A stretch of DNA of 64,000 nt from Pristiophorus japonicus (Eukaryota), in contig NC_091977.1 in assembly GCF_044704955.1 (NCBI RefSeq), positions 74,958,001 through 75,022,000 of the forward strand, in the 5' to 3' direction. The position numbers and the translations under genes are program-made. Each line of letters opens with the position of its first letter. The stretch's first letter is position 1. Positions 11,626 to 25,139 of this stretch are shown here, piece by piece. The notes beneath the pieces were generated by a model that made no database searches, had not been told where the DNA came from, and worked only from the letters and a program-made list of their open reading frames with translations.

Positions 11626-14600
11626 TGTTAGGTCTTGAATAAAAAATCTGACCAGATATGTAAACTCAAAGTAATATGTGACTGTAGTCCTTTATTACAG
11701 GTTTCCAGAGTGCCTCTCCAGCCTGTGAGGTCTCCTTACATACAGGTGCTCCCAAGGGATTGTGGGATCCCTTGGGACTCCAGGGGATGAGCCCTCCGGT
11801 GGTTAAACAAGGTATTTACAGGTTTTCATACATAACAACATTCCCCCCCAAAGTCAATCGTGCAACTATTTACAACGTGAGTCTATCTGGGGCCTTCCTT
11901 TCCCTGGTTGATCGTCTCGGTGCAAATGCTGGTTTTGGTGAGTCGTTTGTTGGGCCCTCGCTGGGCTGCTGCGCAGCTGGCCTTGTCGGGCTGCTGGGTG
12001 TGGTGAGTCCTGCTGGGCTGCTTCAGGTGATGGGTTCTGCTTCGTGGTCAACCGCTGGGTCGGTTGCCACTTGTGTGTGTGTTGGGGGGTCGAAAAAGGT
12101 AGAGTCTATTGTGGGTTGTTCTGGATAGTCCGTGAATCTGAGTTTGGTTTGGTCCAAGTGTTTCCTGTAGACTAGTCCATTTGAAAGTTTGACCTGAAAC
12201 ACCCTACTCCCCTCTTTGGCCACTACAGTGCCGGGAAGCCACTTGGGACCTTGTCCATAGTTCAACACAAATACAGGATCATTAATCTCGATTTCGCGTG
12301 ACACATTTGCGCGATCATGATATGTATTCTGTTGAAGCCGCCTGCTCTCTATCTGGTCATGCAGATCAGGGTGGACTAATGAGAGTCTTGTCTTAAGTGG
12401 ACTTTTCATGAGCAGTTCAGCGGGGCGAACCGCAGTGAGCGAGTGCAGTCTTGTGCGGTAATTAAGCAGGACTCAGGATAAGCGAGTCTGCAGTGAGCCT
12501 TCAGTTACCTGCTTTAAGCCTTGCTTGATTGTTTGCACTGCTCGCTCTGCCTGACCATTGGACGCTGGTTTAAACGGGGCAGATATGACATGTTTGATCC
12601 CATTGCGGGTCATGAATTCTTTGAACTCGGCACTGGTGAAACACGGCCCATTGTCACTCACAAGGATATCAGGCAGGCTGTGCGTGGCAAATATGGCCCG
12701 CAGGCTGTCAATGGTGGCAGCGGACATGCATCCCGACATTATCTCACATTCAATCCATTTCGAGTATGCATCTACAACTACAAGGAACATTTTTCCCAAG
12801 AATGGGCCTGCATAGTCGACATGGACCCTGGACCACGGTTTGGAGGGCCAGGGCCATAAACTTAGTGGCGCCTCCCTGGGTGCATTGCTTAACTGTGAAC
12901 ATGTGTTACATTTGCGTACGCAGGACTTTAAGTCTGCATCGATACCGGGCCACCACTCTTAGGGTCTGGCTATCACTTTCATCATTACAATGCCTGGGTG
13001 GGTACTGTGGAGATCACTAATGAAAGTGTCCCTGCCCTTTTTTGGCACCACTACCCAATTACCCCATAGGAAGCAATCTGCCTGTATAGACATTTCACCT
13101 TTGCGCCGCTGGTATGGCTTTATTTCTTCCTGCATCCCTAACGGGACACTAGACCAACTCCCGAGGAGCACACAGGTTTTTAACTAAGGACAGTAAGGGG
13201 TCCTGGCTCGTCCAGGTTCTAATCTGTCGGGTGGTAACAGGTGATTGCTCACTTTCGAATGTTTCCATTACCAAAGTAAATCTGTGGGCTGTGCCATCTC
13301 CACCCCTGTGGTGGGCAATGGCAACCTACTGAGAGCATCGGCACAGTTGTCTGTGCCTTGCCTGTGGCGGATGGCATAGTTGTATGCGGACAATGTGAGC
13401 ACCCATCTCTGGATGCAGGCCGATGCATTCGTATTTATCCCCTTACTTTCAGAAACGAGGGATATAAGTGGCTTATGGTCGGTTTCCAATTCAAATTTGA
13501 GTCCAAACAGATATTGATGCATTTTCTTTACCCCATAAATATACGCTAATGCTTCTTTTTCAATCATGCTGTAGGCCCTCTCAGCCTTAGACAGACTTCT
13601 GGATGCATAAGCAACCGATTGCAATTTCCCAGATTCATTAGCTTGTTGCAATACACACCCGACACCGTATGACGATGCATCACATGCTAGTACCAAAAGC
13701 TTACATGGATCATACAACACAAGCAACTTGTTTGAGCATAACAGTTTCCTAGCTTTCTCAAAGGCATTCTCTTGGCTTTTACCCCATACCCATTCGTCTC
13801 CTTTACGCAGTAAAGAGTGCAGTGGTTCTAACAGTGTGCTAAGACTCGGTAAGGAGTTACCATAGTAGTTCAGGAGTCCTAGGAATGACCACAGCTCTGT
13901 CACGTTCTGTGGCTTCGGTGCATTCTTGATTGCCTCCGTCTTCGAATCGGTGGGCCTGATGACGTCCGCTGCGATCCTTCTCCCCAGGAACTCCACTTCA
14001 GGTGCCAAGAAAATGCACTTCGAGCATTTTAACCTGAGCCCCACACGATTAAGCCGATTAAGAACCTCCTCCAGGTTCTGCAGGTGCTCGATGGTGTCCC
14101 GACCTATAACCAAGATGTGGTCCTGGAAGACCACGGTGTGCGGGGCTGACTTCAGCAAGCTTTCCATGTTCCTCTGGAATATCACCGTGTCTGATCGAAT
14201 CCCAAATGGGCATCTGTTGTAAATGAAGAGACCTTTGTGCATGTTGATGCAGATGAGGCCCTTCGATGATTCCTCTAACTCCTGCGTCATGTAGGCCGAG
14301 GTCAAGTCCAGCTTCGTGAATGTTTTTCCTCCCGCCAACGTCGCAAATAGGTCGTCTGCCTTTGGTAGCAGGTATTGATCCTGCAGGGAGAAACGATTGA
14401 TAGTTACTTTATAATCATCACAGAATCAGAAGGTGCCGTTTTCCTTGAGGACTGGGACAATCAGTCTGACCCACTCGTTGAATTCGATCGGCGAAATGAT
14501 GCTCTCTCATTGCAGCCGGTCCAGCTTGATCTCCACCCTCTCTCTCATCATGTAAGGTACCACTCTGGCCTTGTGATGGATGGGTCGTGCCCTCGGAATC

Positions 14601-16190
14601 AAGTGGATCTGCACTTTTGCTCCTTGGAACTTCCCGATGCCCGGTTCGAACAGCAAGGGGAACTTGTTTAGGACTGGGCACATGAAGTGTCGTCGACGGA
14701 CGAGAGTGCTCGGACATCGTCCCAGTTCCAACGTATCTTTCCCAGCCAGCTCCTGCCAAACAGCGTGAGGCCATCGCCCGGTACCACCCAGAATGGTAAA
14801 TTGTGGACTGCTCCATCGTAGCAGACCTTTACAGTAGCACAGCCGATTACGGGAATCAGTTCCTTTGTGTACGTTCTCAGTTTAGTACGAATGGGGGTCA
14901 GGAATGACCTTGAGGCCTTGCTGCACCACAATTTATCGAAAGTCTTTTTGCTCATTATGGACTGGCTCGCAACCGTGTTCAGCTCCATTGACACCGGGAG
15001 TCCATTTAATTCAACCTTCAGCATTATCAGGGGACACTTTGTGGTAAATGTGTGAACCCCATATACCTCTGCCTCCTTAGTCTGAGGCTCTGGTTCGTCG
15101 TGATCTGCCGTGGATCTGTCCTCCTCTGCAACATGGTGATTTGCAGGATTAGCAGGATTTGCAGCTCATACGTTGGAGGTGTCCCATTGTTCCATAGCCC
15201 TTGCAAACGTATCCTTTGAAGTGGCATGAATGGAAGCGATGATCACCTCTGCAGCGCCAACAAGGTGTTAATGACCTTGCATTCACCATCCTTGATGGTG
15301 GACTCTGAGACATCTGCAGACGTGCAGTTGAAGGCATGTGAGTCCTGCCCTGTACGTTATGATTCGAAAACAACATTACTTTGTTCACAGTGCTTGCAGC
15401 AGCACTGGTGTGCTGAGAGATTTGTTTGGTATTGTCACTGGTGGCGATGAATGCCTGGGCTATCGCTATGGCTTTACTCAAGGTTGGAGTCTCTACAGTC
15501 AAAAGTTTGTGAAGTATTACTTCATGGCCAATGCCAAGTACAAAGAAGTTCCTGAGCATGTGCTTCTTCAAATTCACAATGTCCTGCAAGGTGCCTTAGC
15601 TCAGCAACGTAGCTCACACCTTCCTAGCCTTCAGACCTCTTGTATGTGTAGAACCGGTACCTCACCATCAGAACGCTTTCCTTCGGGTTTAGATGTTCCT
15701 GGACCAGTGTGCACAAATCATCGTATGACTTCTCTGTGGGTTTCACTGGAGCAAGCAGATTTTTCATGAGGCCATACTTTGGTACCCTGCAAACGGTGAG
15801 GAGCACTTCGTTAGGCAGCTTTCGCTTCTCCTTCCAGTTCGTTGGCCACGAAGTATTGGTCGAGTCGCTCCATGAAGATTTCCCAATTTCCCTCCCTCCC
15901 TCCGAAAATTTCTCCAGGATGCCCACGGTTCTCTGCATTGTTGGGGTAGGCTTCATTATCTGTATCTCATCGCCAGTTGTTATGTCTTGAATAAAGAATC
16001 TGACCAGATCCTGTACGGTCAAATTAATGTGTGACCGTAGTCCTTTATTACAGGTCTCCAGAGTGCCTCTCCAGCCTGTGAGGCCTCCTTATGTACAGGT
16101 GCTCCCAAGGGATTGTGGGATCACTTAGGACTCCTGGGGATGAGCCCTCTGGTGGTTAAACAATGTATTTACAGGTTTACATACAAAACA
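11626..16190 (-). mobile_element. Full-length degraded Ty3/Gypsy LTR retrotransposon (gag-PR-RT-RH-IN, no env)
   Basis: LTRs at 11626-11837 and 15978-16190 (TG..CA) with TSD ACAGC/ACAGT. PBS-like TGGCGATGAG at 15966-15975 (minus), PPT near 11843-11850. Gag CWRC..H..C knuckle (15149-15589), degenerate protease (14668-15024), RT/RNaseH (13268-14338; KLDL, LACDAS, ETDHKPL) and integrase (12473-12799; VSDNG, SNGQAER). Confidence 0.95.
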
Positions 16191-16749
16191 ACAGTCACTT
16201 GAAAACTCACTTTTTAAAGTGGAAACAAGTCCTCCTCGCTTTCGTGGGACTGCCTATGATGATGATGAGTGGGACATTTCAAGGAGGAGATCCTGAGGGT
16301 ACAGAGCAAGTATATTCCCCTTTCAAAAAAAGGTTGGGGCTAACAAATCTAGAGCCCCCTGGATGTCAAGGGTCATACAGGGTAAGATAAAGAAAAAAAG
16401 GGAAGCTTATGACAGATACCGAGAACTCAACACTGTAGCAACTCTAGAGGAGTATAAGAAGTGCAGGGATGCAATTAAAAAATATATCAGGAAAGCAAAG
16501 CGAGAACATGAAAGAATGTTGACAAGTAAAAACAGGGAAAGTCCAAAGATATTTTATAAATACATTAAGAGCAAAAGGATAACTAGAGAAAGAGTGCGGT
16601 CTATTAGAGACCATAAAGGAAATCTGTGTGGAGGCGGAAGACGTGGGTAGGATTCTTAATGAATAATTTGAATCTGTTTTCACAAAAGAGAAGGGCGGTG
16701 CAGACTTTGCAATGAAGGAGGAGGAGTGTGAAATATTAGACGAGATAAA

Positions 16750-17108
16750 CTTAACAAGGTGGATGCAGAGGGGATGTTTCCACTGATGGGGGAGGCTAGA
16801 GCTAGAGAGCACGATCTTAGAATAAGGGGCCGCCCATTTAAAAAAGAGATAAAGAAAAATTTCTTCTCTCAGAGGGTTGTAAATCTGTGGAATTTGCTGC
16901 CTCAGAGAGCTATTGAAGCTGGGACATTGAATAAATTTAAGACAGAAATAGACAGTATCTTAAATGATAAGGGGATAAGGGCTTATGGGGAGTGGGCGGG
17001 GAAGTGGAGCTGAGTCTACGATCGGATCAGCCATGATCGTATTGAATGGCAGAGCAGGCTCGGGGGGCCGTATGGCCTACTCCTGTTCCTATTTCTTATG
17101 TTCTTATG
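16750..17108 (+). mobile_element. Short CR1 3' fragment nested in the old CR1
   Basis: MFPLMGEAR..FFSQRVVNLWN plus 3' UTR and (TTCTTATG)n tail, with TAAAC on both sides. Confidence 0.8.
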
Positions 17109-20100
17109 TAAACATCGTGAGAGAGGAAGTATTAAGGGGCTTAGCAGCTTTGAAAGTGGATGAATCCCCAAGCCCTTATGAAATGTATCCCAGGCTGTTA
17201 AGAGTAGCAAAAGAGAAAGTAGCAGTCTCTGACCATCATTTCCCAATCCTCTCTGGCTACAAATGTGGTGCCAGAGGACTGGAGGACTGCTAATGTTGTA
17301 CCTTTGTTTAAAAATGGAAAGAGGGATAGACCGAGTAATTACAGGCCAGTCAGCCTAACCTCGGTGGTGGGAAAGTTATTGGAAAAAGTCCTGCAGGAAA
17401 TGATAAATCTTCATTTGGAAAGACATGGATTAATCAAGGACAGTCAGCGTGGAGTGGTCAAGGGAAGGTCGTGTCTGACTAACTTGATTGAATTTTTAAA
17501 GGAGGTAACCAGGAGAGTGGATGAGGGCAGTGCGTATGATGTAGTGTATATGGATTTTGGCAAAGCTTTTGATAAGGTCCCACATGGCAGATTGGTTATG
17601 AAAATAATAGCCCAAGGGATCCAGGGCAAAGTGGCAAGTTGGATCCAAAATTGACTCAGAGGCAGGAAGCAAAGGGTAATCTTTGATTGGTGATTTTGTG
17701 ACTAGAAGACTGTTTCCAGTGGGGTTCCGCAGGGCTCAGTGCTGGATCCCTTGCCTTTTCTGGTATATATAAATGATTTGGACTTGAACATAGGGGGTAT
17801 GATTAAGAAGTTTGCAGATGACAATAAAATAGGCTGTGTGGTAGATAATGAAGAAGAAAGCTGCAGACTGCAGGGAAGATAACAATGTACTGATCAGATG
17901 GGAAGAACAGTGGCAAATGGAATTCAATCTGAATAAGTGTGAGGTAATGCATTTGGGGAGGTCTAACAAGGTAAGGGAATACACAATTAATGGTACAACA
18001 CTAAAAAGTGTGGAGGAACAAAGGAAGTGCAGGTCCACAGATCGCTGAAGGTAGCAGGACAGGCAGATAAGGTGATTAAGAAGGCATATGGAATACTTGC
18101 CTTTATTAGTCGAGGCATGGAATACAAGAGCAAGGAGGTTATGCTTGAACTGTATAAAACACTGGTTAGGCCATTCTGGTAACTACATTACAGGAAAGAT
18201 ATGATTGCACTGGAAAGGGTGCAGAGGAAATTTAAAAGAATGTTGCCTGGACTGGAGAATTTTGGCTATGTGGAATGATTGGAGATGATGGGTTTATTTT
18301 CTTTGGAACAGAGGAGGCTAAGGGGACACCTGATTGAGGTGTATAAAATTATGAGGGGCCTGAATAGAGTGGATAGGAAGGACCTGTTTCCCTTGGCAGA
18401 GGGGGGTTAACAACCCGGGGGAGATTTAAATTAATTGGGGGGAGGTTTAGAGGAGATATGAGGGGAAATTTCTTCACTGAGAGGGTGGTGGGAGTCTGGA
18501 ACTCACTGCCTGAAAGGATGGTAGAGGCAACAACCCTCACCACATGTAAAAGATACTTGGATGTGCACTTAAAGTGCCGTAACCGACAGGGCTATGGACC
18601 AAGAGCTGAAAAGTGGGATTAGGCTGGATAGCTCTTGGTCGGCTGGCACAGACACGATGGGCCGAAATGGCCTCCTTCCGTGCTGCAAATTTCTATGATT
18701 CTATGACATGTTTCCAATGCTCATGGAAAGCTTGTACGACAATCCTTGGGATACTAACTGCTTGCTGGGAATTATCCTCCTACTTTTCCACTTCCCAGAG
18801 TTTCCAGGATTTGGTGTCATTGGATGGAATGGCTCATTCCTCCCAGGGACTGAATTGTGTTATAGCACACAGAAGTAACATTGAAAAAGCCCATGTCAGA
18901 AGAAGGGATAATTACTGAAAAATATATTTCTTGCAGAGGAGGACGCATTGAAGTTTGGAAACTTCCAGCAGTGGGCTTGCTTGTGCTGAGAGAATAAGTG
19001 GTGCTGAAAGAAGATTTAGAGGAGTGAAGACTGGAAGCTTTCAAGAAACAGGCAAAAAATTTGTGACAAGCAGAATTTGCACACAACAATCACCTTATCC
19101 TTACTGAAAGGCCTGCAGCAGCAATATTGGCTGTCAACTGAGGGGACTTCTCACCACTGTCCAAAAGCAGCAGTCAGATGGCTTCTAGGACCAATCCTCT
19201 TCTTTCCGCACCTGCAGGAATAGATACTGATCTTCTGCATAGCTGCAGCAGGTGGCATCAAGGCCCAACTCAGGTCTTCTGATTTGAGCAGATTTAAGTG
19301 CAAAACCTGATACCCACTTATTCCGGCTGTTATTCCAAATAGGTGCCTGCTTAGTGCCTCCACAAAAAAATGCGGTGGGAAGGCCCATGATATCTCTCCC
19401 ATGCGTATGCCTGATTTCGGCCCCCTCCCTCCCAGCCCCACCAGGAGAACATGAGGAAATCCCTAGGCTTCCTGTGCACAAAGCAAAGGAAAATTGACCT
19501 CATAATCCTTTTGGTCTCTCTGCAGTGCATTGGAGCTCAAGAAGCAACATTTTGGATTGGTGGAGTTGGAGTAATAACATATAGGTTGGGATGTTGAGAT
19601 TGCTGTTCAACCTGTGGTGCATTGAAAGGCTTTGAGTAGTGTTAACATCTACCATAGCTTGTGAATTTCAGAAACACTTACATAATATAAAGGGATTTGT
19701 TTAATTAAAAATAAAGTGGTAGAGGATTGGCATTATGTTGTTATTATTATGGAGGTGTATATTTGACAGTCAGAAGGACAGTCAAATCATAACCAGAATG
19801 TACTAGTAGTTTGCCCTTCCCCCTTTACTTCTCCTCTTCCCCCACAGAATTACAAAAAAACATCAGCATGAGAAAAGACTATTCAAGATGTTGCTTTAAA
19901 TTATCTTATTCATTTCTTAATATATCTATTTATTTCTGTCAATTTTCTTGCCCCCCACACACTGTGGACCTTAGAATTGCTTTGCATTATCTAAAAGCAT
20001 TGCACGAATTCACTGCAAAAGATTAATAATTTTTTGCACAGATTAGTGTGCTGTATTAATTTAGTGAGTTGACTAAAAGTTGTTGGCCTAGAAATTCCAC

Positions 20101-20799
20101 ATCGCTAAATACCTGCCAGTGCCACCGAAACTGATGGCACCAGCATGATGCTAGTTCCAGTAGGAGGCCCCAATATAGTGTAGCCTTAGTGTCATTGTAA
20201 CAAGCCTTCTCTTAAAGCAAGGCTGTTATTTCAAAGTGGTTAGGTCCCTTAAAGGGGAACTGCCTTTTGAAATTAAAAGAAATAAAATCATGTAAAAACA
20301 GGCAGTTTTTAGTCCTTACTGCACAACTGCCTTCTGAAAAAAAAATATTAAAAAGAATTCCCAAATGGGCGTCTTCAGCTCTGAATGCCAAATTGTATTC
20401 CACACCTAAAAAATGCAAAAGATGCTTCGGCATTAACACAAATGGCACAGCAAGCTTGGGAAGGTGCACCCAGGGTCTTGCAGGTAGCATTCCAGCTTTG
20501 TGCAGGGGGTCAATACTGCAAGAGAGGTCCTCTACCCACAGGAGACCCTCCAGAAAGAAGGTAGTAGGACCAGATCACCAGGCTCCAGTGCCCAAAGAAG
20601 TTTCATGACCTCAGACCAGTGGTCAAAGTCAGTGAATGCATCTTTAAAAGTCATCTCCTACCAACTGCACCACTAGCCTCAAACATTGCCCAATGCACAA
20701 ATGCAACACCGCCCCCCCCCACCACAATCACTCACCTACCAACAATCTGTGCCAAACACGAGGCACACCTCCCATTCTGAGCCTAACCTCATCCCCTTG

Positions 20800-21090
20800 G
20801 AAACATAGAAACATAGAAAATAGGTGCAGGAGTAGGCCATTCAGCCCTTCGAGCCTGCACTATCATTCAATAAGATCATGGCTGATCATTCACCTCAGTA
20901 CCCCTTTCCTGCTTTCTCTCCATCCCTGATCCCTTTAGCCGTAAGGGCCATGTCTAACTCCCTCTTGAATATATCCAATGAACTGGCATCAACAACTCTC
21001 TGTGGTAGGGAATTCCACAGGTTAACAATTCTGTGAGTGAAGGAGTTTCTCCTCATCTCAGTCCTAAATGGCTTACCCCTTATCCTTAGA
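20800..21090 (-). mobile_element. CR1 3' end fragment
   Basis: Tail GAAACATAGAAACATAG and LRIRGKPFRTEMRRN..WNSLP, matching the young CR1 3' end. Confidence 0.88.
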
Positions 21091-21853
21091 CTGGAGGAGA
21101 CGGTGCTGGCCATTCTTGACAGCACCATGGCCGAGCCCTTGGCCAACAGCAGGGATGAAAGGAAACAAGATGCTGGTACCCTCATATGTTATCCTCCTTC
21201 TGGCATGCACCTCTTGCTTTCCCACCCTTCCCTCACCACAAATCCACCCTTGTGCTTCCTCATTTCACACACACAAGAAATGCAGCCTACCCAGCTAGTG
21301 GTTGACCAAGAAGTGGGAGGGTGAAGAGAAGAAGAAAAAAAACCCGTCACTCGATTTGACACTCCCAGCCATTAACTCCTCAAGATCGACCTGTAAGGCC
21401 ATCTGCAGTGTCCCCCACTGAAAGTCACCAGCCATGCTGCAGCCACTGGGGTTGCACTGCATGACTTCAGTAGGATAGGCAAAGGCACACACATGACAGT
21501 CACTAAGGGAATGCATAAGAGTGATGAGTTGATTTATTGGATGGATAGATATATAAAGTTGGATTGGAAGGTTTGCTTTGTGGTAGCTTTTTTTTCAGCA
21601 TTGTGGCTAAGAGGATGCTGCGATGGTCAGTAACAGATGGAAGGTAAGGTGTGGGACAAATGTTGAAAGGGGAATTGGGGTTGTGGTTACTGGTAAGGCA
21701 GGTGGATCACTCCATCCTAGATGTCCCGGAAGGAAAGGGGTTGTCTGGGTTGCATCCTTCCTTCTGTTTGCTCCTCTTCTGCTTCATCCTCTTCTGCATC
21801 TTCCTCTTCCCTCAGTGAGTGGATGCTGTAAATCTGAAATATAAGCAGAAATA

Positions 21854-21951
21854 GCTGGAAATACTCAGCAGGTCAAGCAGCATCTTGACCTGAGACATGG
21901 ACTCTGTTTCTTTCTCCATCGATGCTGTCTGATCTGCTGAGTATTTCCAGC
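21854..21951. repeat. Inverted-repeat hairpin element with ~31 bp arms
   Basis: GCTGGAAATACTCAGCAGGTCAAGCAGCATC ... GATGCTGTCTGATCTGCTGAGTATTTCCAGC. Confidence 0.8.
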
Positions 21952-24900
21952 ATTTTCAGTCTTCTCAGAGACCTTCTTTTACATTCCGAAACTTGCAAGC
22001 GTCCAGCAGCATTCCCTGCACTCACTGCACACTTAATAAACTTTTAACATGTATTGCACCAAGCCACTACTTCAATAAAATAAAAAAATTAATTCAACAG
22101 CTTAAATGCAAACTTATCTGAAAGATGTGTGTGTCCCTTTAAGAAGTGCTGACAGCGTCTCTTCACTTTTCAGATCAATTTTAGGATGCAGCGCTAAACT
22201 CAACGCAAAGGTCCAAGTTCGCAGAGTGTGGTGTGAAGTCAACATTGCACACTGACTGACGTCATGCTCTCCTTGTTTGCATCTCCAGGGCCAGCGCTGC
22301 TGCTAATGCCCTCACAAAAATGGCGGCCGCCAAATCCCACTCCAGAGAAAGGCGTTAGAATGGCGGCCGCCATTTTACGCCAGGTTTGTGTTGCTACCTC
22401 GTGGTGATAAGGTAGGTAATTTTTGGGCCATTGTCTTGAGCATCATATGGAAACTTAAGGGCATGAATTTAATTTGGGGCGAGATCCGTGGGTGTGGGGG
22501 TTAAAGTGGGTGACAAACATTCTGGCCTCCCTGGATTGTGAAGCCTGAGAGATTTTAACTCATTTGAATGCTCCAACATGACTCCTGTCAAAGCTGGTGG
22601 GAATAATGTCATCACCAATGGCCAGGATTTGAAAATGTAGGGATGGTGAGGTTACCGCCGGGGACCGATAAGTTAAGCGAGGAAGGGGAGGAGACCCAAA
22701 GGGAGACCTACCAAACTATCCATGACTGGAATAAACTCTTTCCAAAGCAGGCAAAAGTTGTACAGCACCAGCACAATGTTGTTTCGAGATGTCAGAATTC
22801 ACTTATGAAATGCAGAAAATAGCCCAAAAATGCCCAGAAATTAATTCGCAATTTAAGATGACAAGCTAGCAATTAACCTGAATAAAGGGGAAGAGGCCTC
22901 TAAATAGCATTCCTGCAACACCGTTACCACTGTGAGTTTCTAGTCGAATTTATCACATAACACATCAGGTGCTGGGGCAGATCAATTTCACAAATTTCAC
23001 AATTTAAGTATGCCAATGCCATTTTTGAATGTTTTTGATAAGTGTTGTGGATGCCTATGAGGTGCCCAGACCAATATGGTGCATGGCGCACTTATGGCAT
23101 GGAACAGGTGCGTGTCACCCGTCATATAGAACCTTTAGGCGCCCATTTTTATGTCTGAAAGGCATTTGTTGCGTGATCGAATTTCTAACATGCCATTTTA
23201 CAGGCAGTTCTGTAGCTCTCGTGATTGAACGGGAACTGCTAAACAGGGAGGCTGAGTTCAAGCCAAACTGCATTTGATAGTCAAAATTAATGACACCCAT
23301 TAGATGAAATTCACCAGCACCCTTTTGAGTTGAATGGAGAACTTCATGACAGTGGAATTCTCCATCTCTGGATCGAGAAGTTAGGGAGAAAGAAACAATT
23401 AGAGTGCGGCTGAAAAAGGAAGTGTGGCAGTGAGTGCCTGATACAATGACCCCAGAGACACACACGTTCGTGCTTTCCTCTCTAATGCAATTACAATGTA
23501 TTTTAAGTACGACTCGCAAAAACAATACCATAGAGCTGGCCTCCTGTTTTTGCAAGTGTTTATCCCCAGCGGAGATTGTTTACAGACTCTTGAAAGACCA
23601 TGTTGCAGGAACAAATAGGAAGCAGCATTTTGCTGTGTGCTGATAGCATTACTGACATATAAAGAACATTTTTCAGCCTGCCTAGTCACTGTCTCGTTTT
23701 ATTGATCAGATACTGTTCTTGAATTGTGTGCTGGCAGTACAATCAGCTACAACACTGTGTATGCCTTGCACATCAGGAAACATAATAAGAGAGCTCATTA
23801 GGCAAGTCATATAGAAATAAGCATTCTATTATCTGTGCGGAGAATGTAGCATTCAATATCATTGTCATTAATTTTATAAATCATATTATGCAGCCCGATG
23901 GGCAGTTGGCAGCTAAGTCAAACGGGTCAGATACTCTCAGGTTTGATGCCTAGTCTTTGCTGAGTAAGCAGAATTTAGCTGGGGTAGTAGGAATGCTATA
24001 ATTAATCCAAGCTATAAAGGGCAGACTCAGCCAGGGTTCCGACTCTTGATTGTATTCAGTAAGCTGTTTTAGAAAGTGTCCATGTAAGGACTTTAGGCGA
24101 GAGAAAGGTTTTTGCCTCCATTAGCTTAATTGGAAGACCAATCCATGTGCAGTTCACTCTATGTGAAGAAACATTTTAATGATATTGCTCCAAAGTATGC
24201 TTTTTGTCAGTTTGAATCATGAATTTTATCCTGCTACCAAGGTTTACATTGAAGTAGTGTTTTAGATAAACCTTTACATATCTTATGAACTTTTATAGTG
24301 TCTGTTCTTAGTTGCATCCTTTTCAGGCAGTAAAGCCCCAATTTCTCCAATCTCTCCTCATAACTCAATCAACTGGCCTCAGGGCTCAGCCCTATGTGCC
24401 TCCGCATTGTTTTCAGGGATTGATTATTTCCCTTGTGTCTGGATGACCAAAACTGGATATGGTACTCAAAGTTCAATCTGACCATAACACTGTGTCATTT
24501 CAAAATGACTCTCCTATTTGGTTTATTGCTCCATGGTGACTAGAAATGCTGGTAATAAAATTGTCCCTCCTGAAAAGGCCTCTGGCTGCCTGTAAGCGGC
24601 GCAGAATGGCCGCCAACTCGCCGCGGAGGGGCCGCCATTTTGTAAATTGCCCTACTTCAGGTTTGGATCAGTGTCTCAGTGTCTAGGGCCGCGCGGCCTG
24701 TTTTTCCGCCGCGGCATGCATGCGCTGATCCCTTTCCGTCTGGCTGCGACCCCTTCATGAAATTGCTCCTCGGGAAATTGCCCCTTTCCAAATTTGCCCC
24801 CTGGGAGCACCCCCTTCCCCGTAGGTCGTGCCCCCGATAGCTTTTGCTGTCAGTAAACTCTATTTTGCATGGCGGCCTGGCCACCCTTAAAGGGGAGGGC

Positions 24901-25139
24901 GCACTGCCGTGGCTGTAATGCTAATTTTTTTTGCTGGCCGACTACTAGATCAGCCTGACAATTATGCCCCTGGATTTGGCAGGGACGCCAACAGGCAGCC
25001 TGGCACCCCTTTTGGGTGCCAGGCTGCTGGCCCGGCCGAAACCCTCCCTGGTGGCCCAAAGGACGTAACTTAAAAGTATGCAGAGTTCGCAGTAGCTCTC
25101 CCCTTTAACTGAAGGGGAGAGACATTGTGACGCATCGAA

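Larger units (their letters stand above)
2671..16268 (+). mobile_element. Near full-length degraded RTE-clade LINE in pieces 2671-6090, 10929-11625 and 16191-16268
   Basis: APE start MKFRTWNVRTL..LSET at 3701, RT block MIFTARQLQEKCREQ..GVKQGCVIAP..QYTDD at 5443-5982, C-terminal part at 10930-11600, and a (GAT)n tail at 16257-16268. Many stops and frameshifts. Confidence 0.9.
2325..18705 (+). mobile_element. Old CR1 LINE ORF2, split into 2325-2670, 16269-16749 and 17109-18705 by nested insertions
   Basis: Endonuclease end (PTRE.AVLDLVLGN...SDHN) at 2326-2571. The protein continues across the RTE (WKRLLDKSV.. / ..FKEEILRVQSKY). RT motifs [26 protein letters not shown] and KFADD are present. 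Ends in a (TTCTATGA)n tail at ~18690-18705. Confidence 0.85.
20083..22430. mobile_element. Degraded non-autonomous PIF/Harbinger derivative
   Basis: Imperfect terminal inverted repeats GGCCTAGAAATT.. / ..AATTTTTGGGCC resemble the other Harbinger ends here. Contains nested CR1 and palindromic fragments. Confidence 0.45.

Noticed and set aside
23115-23555. 146-aa minus-strand ORF as a host exon
   Set aside because: No recognisable domain or convincing splice structure; more likely non-coding.
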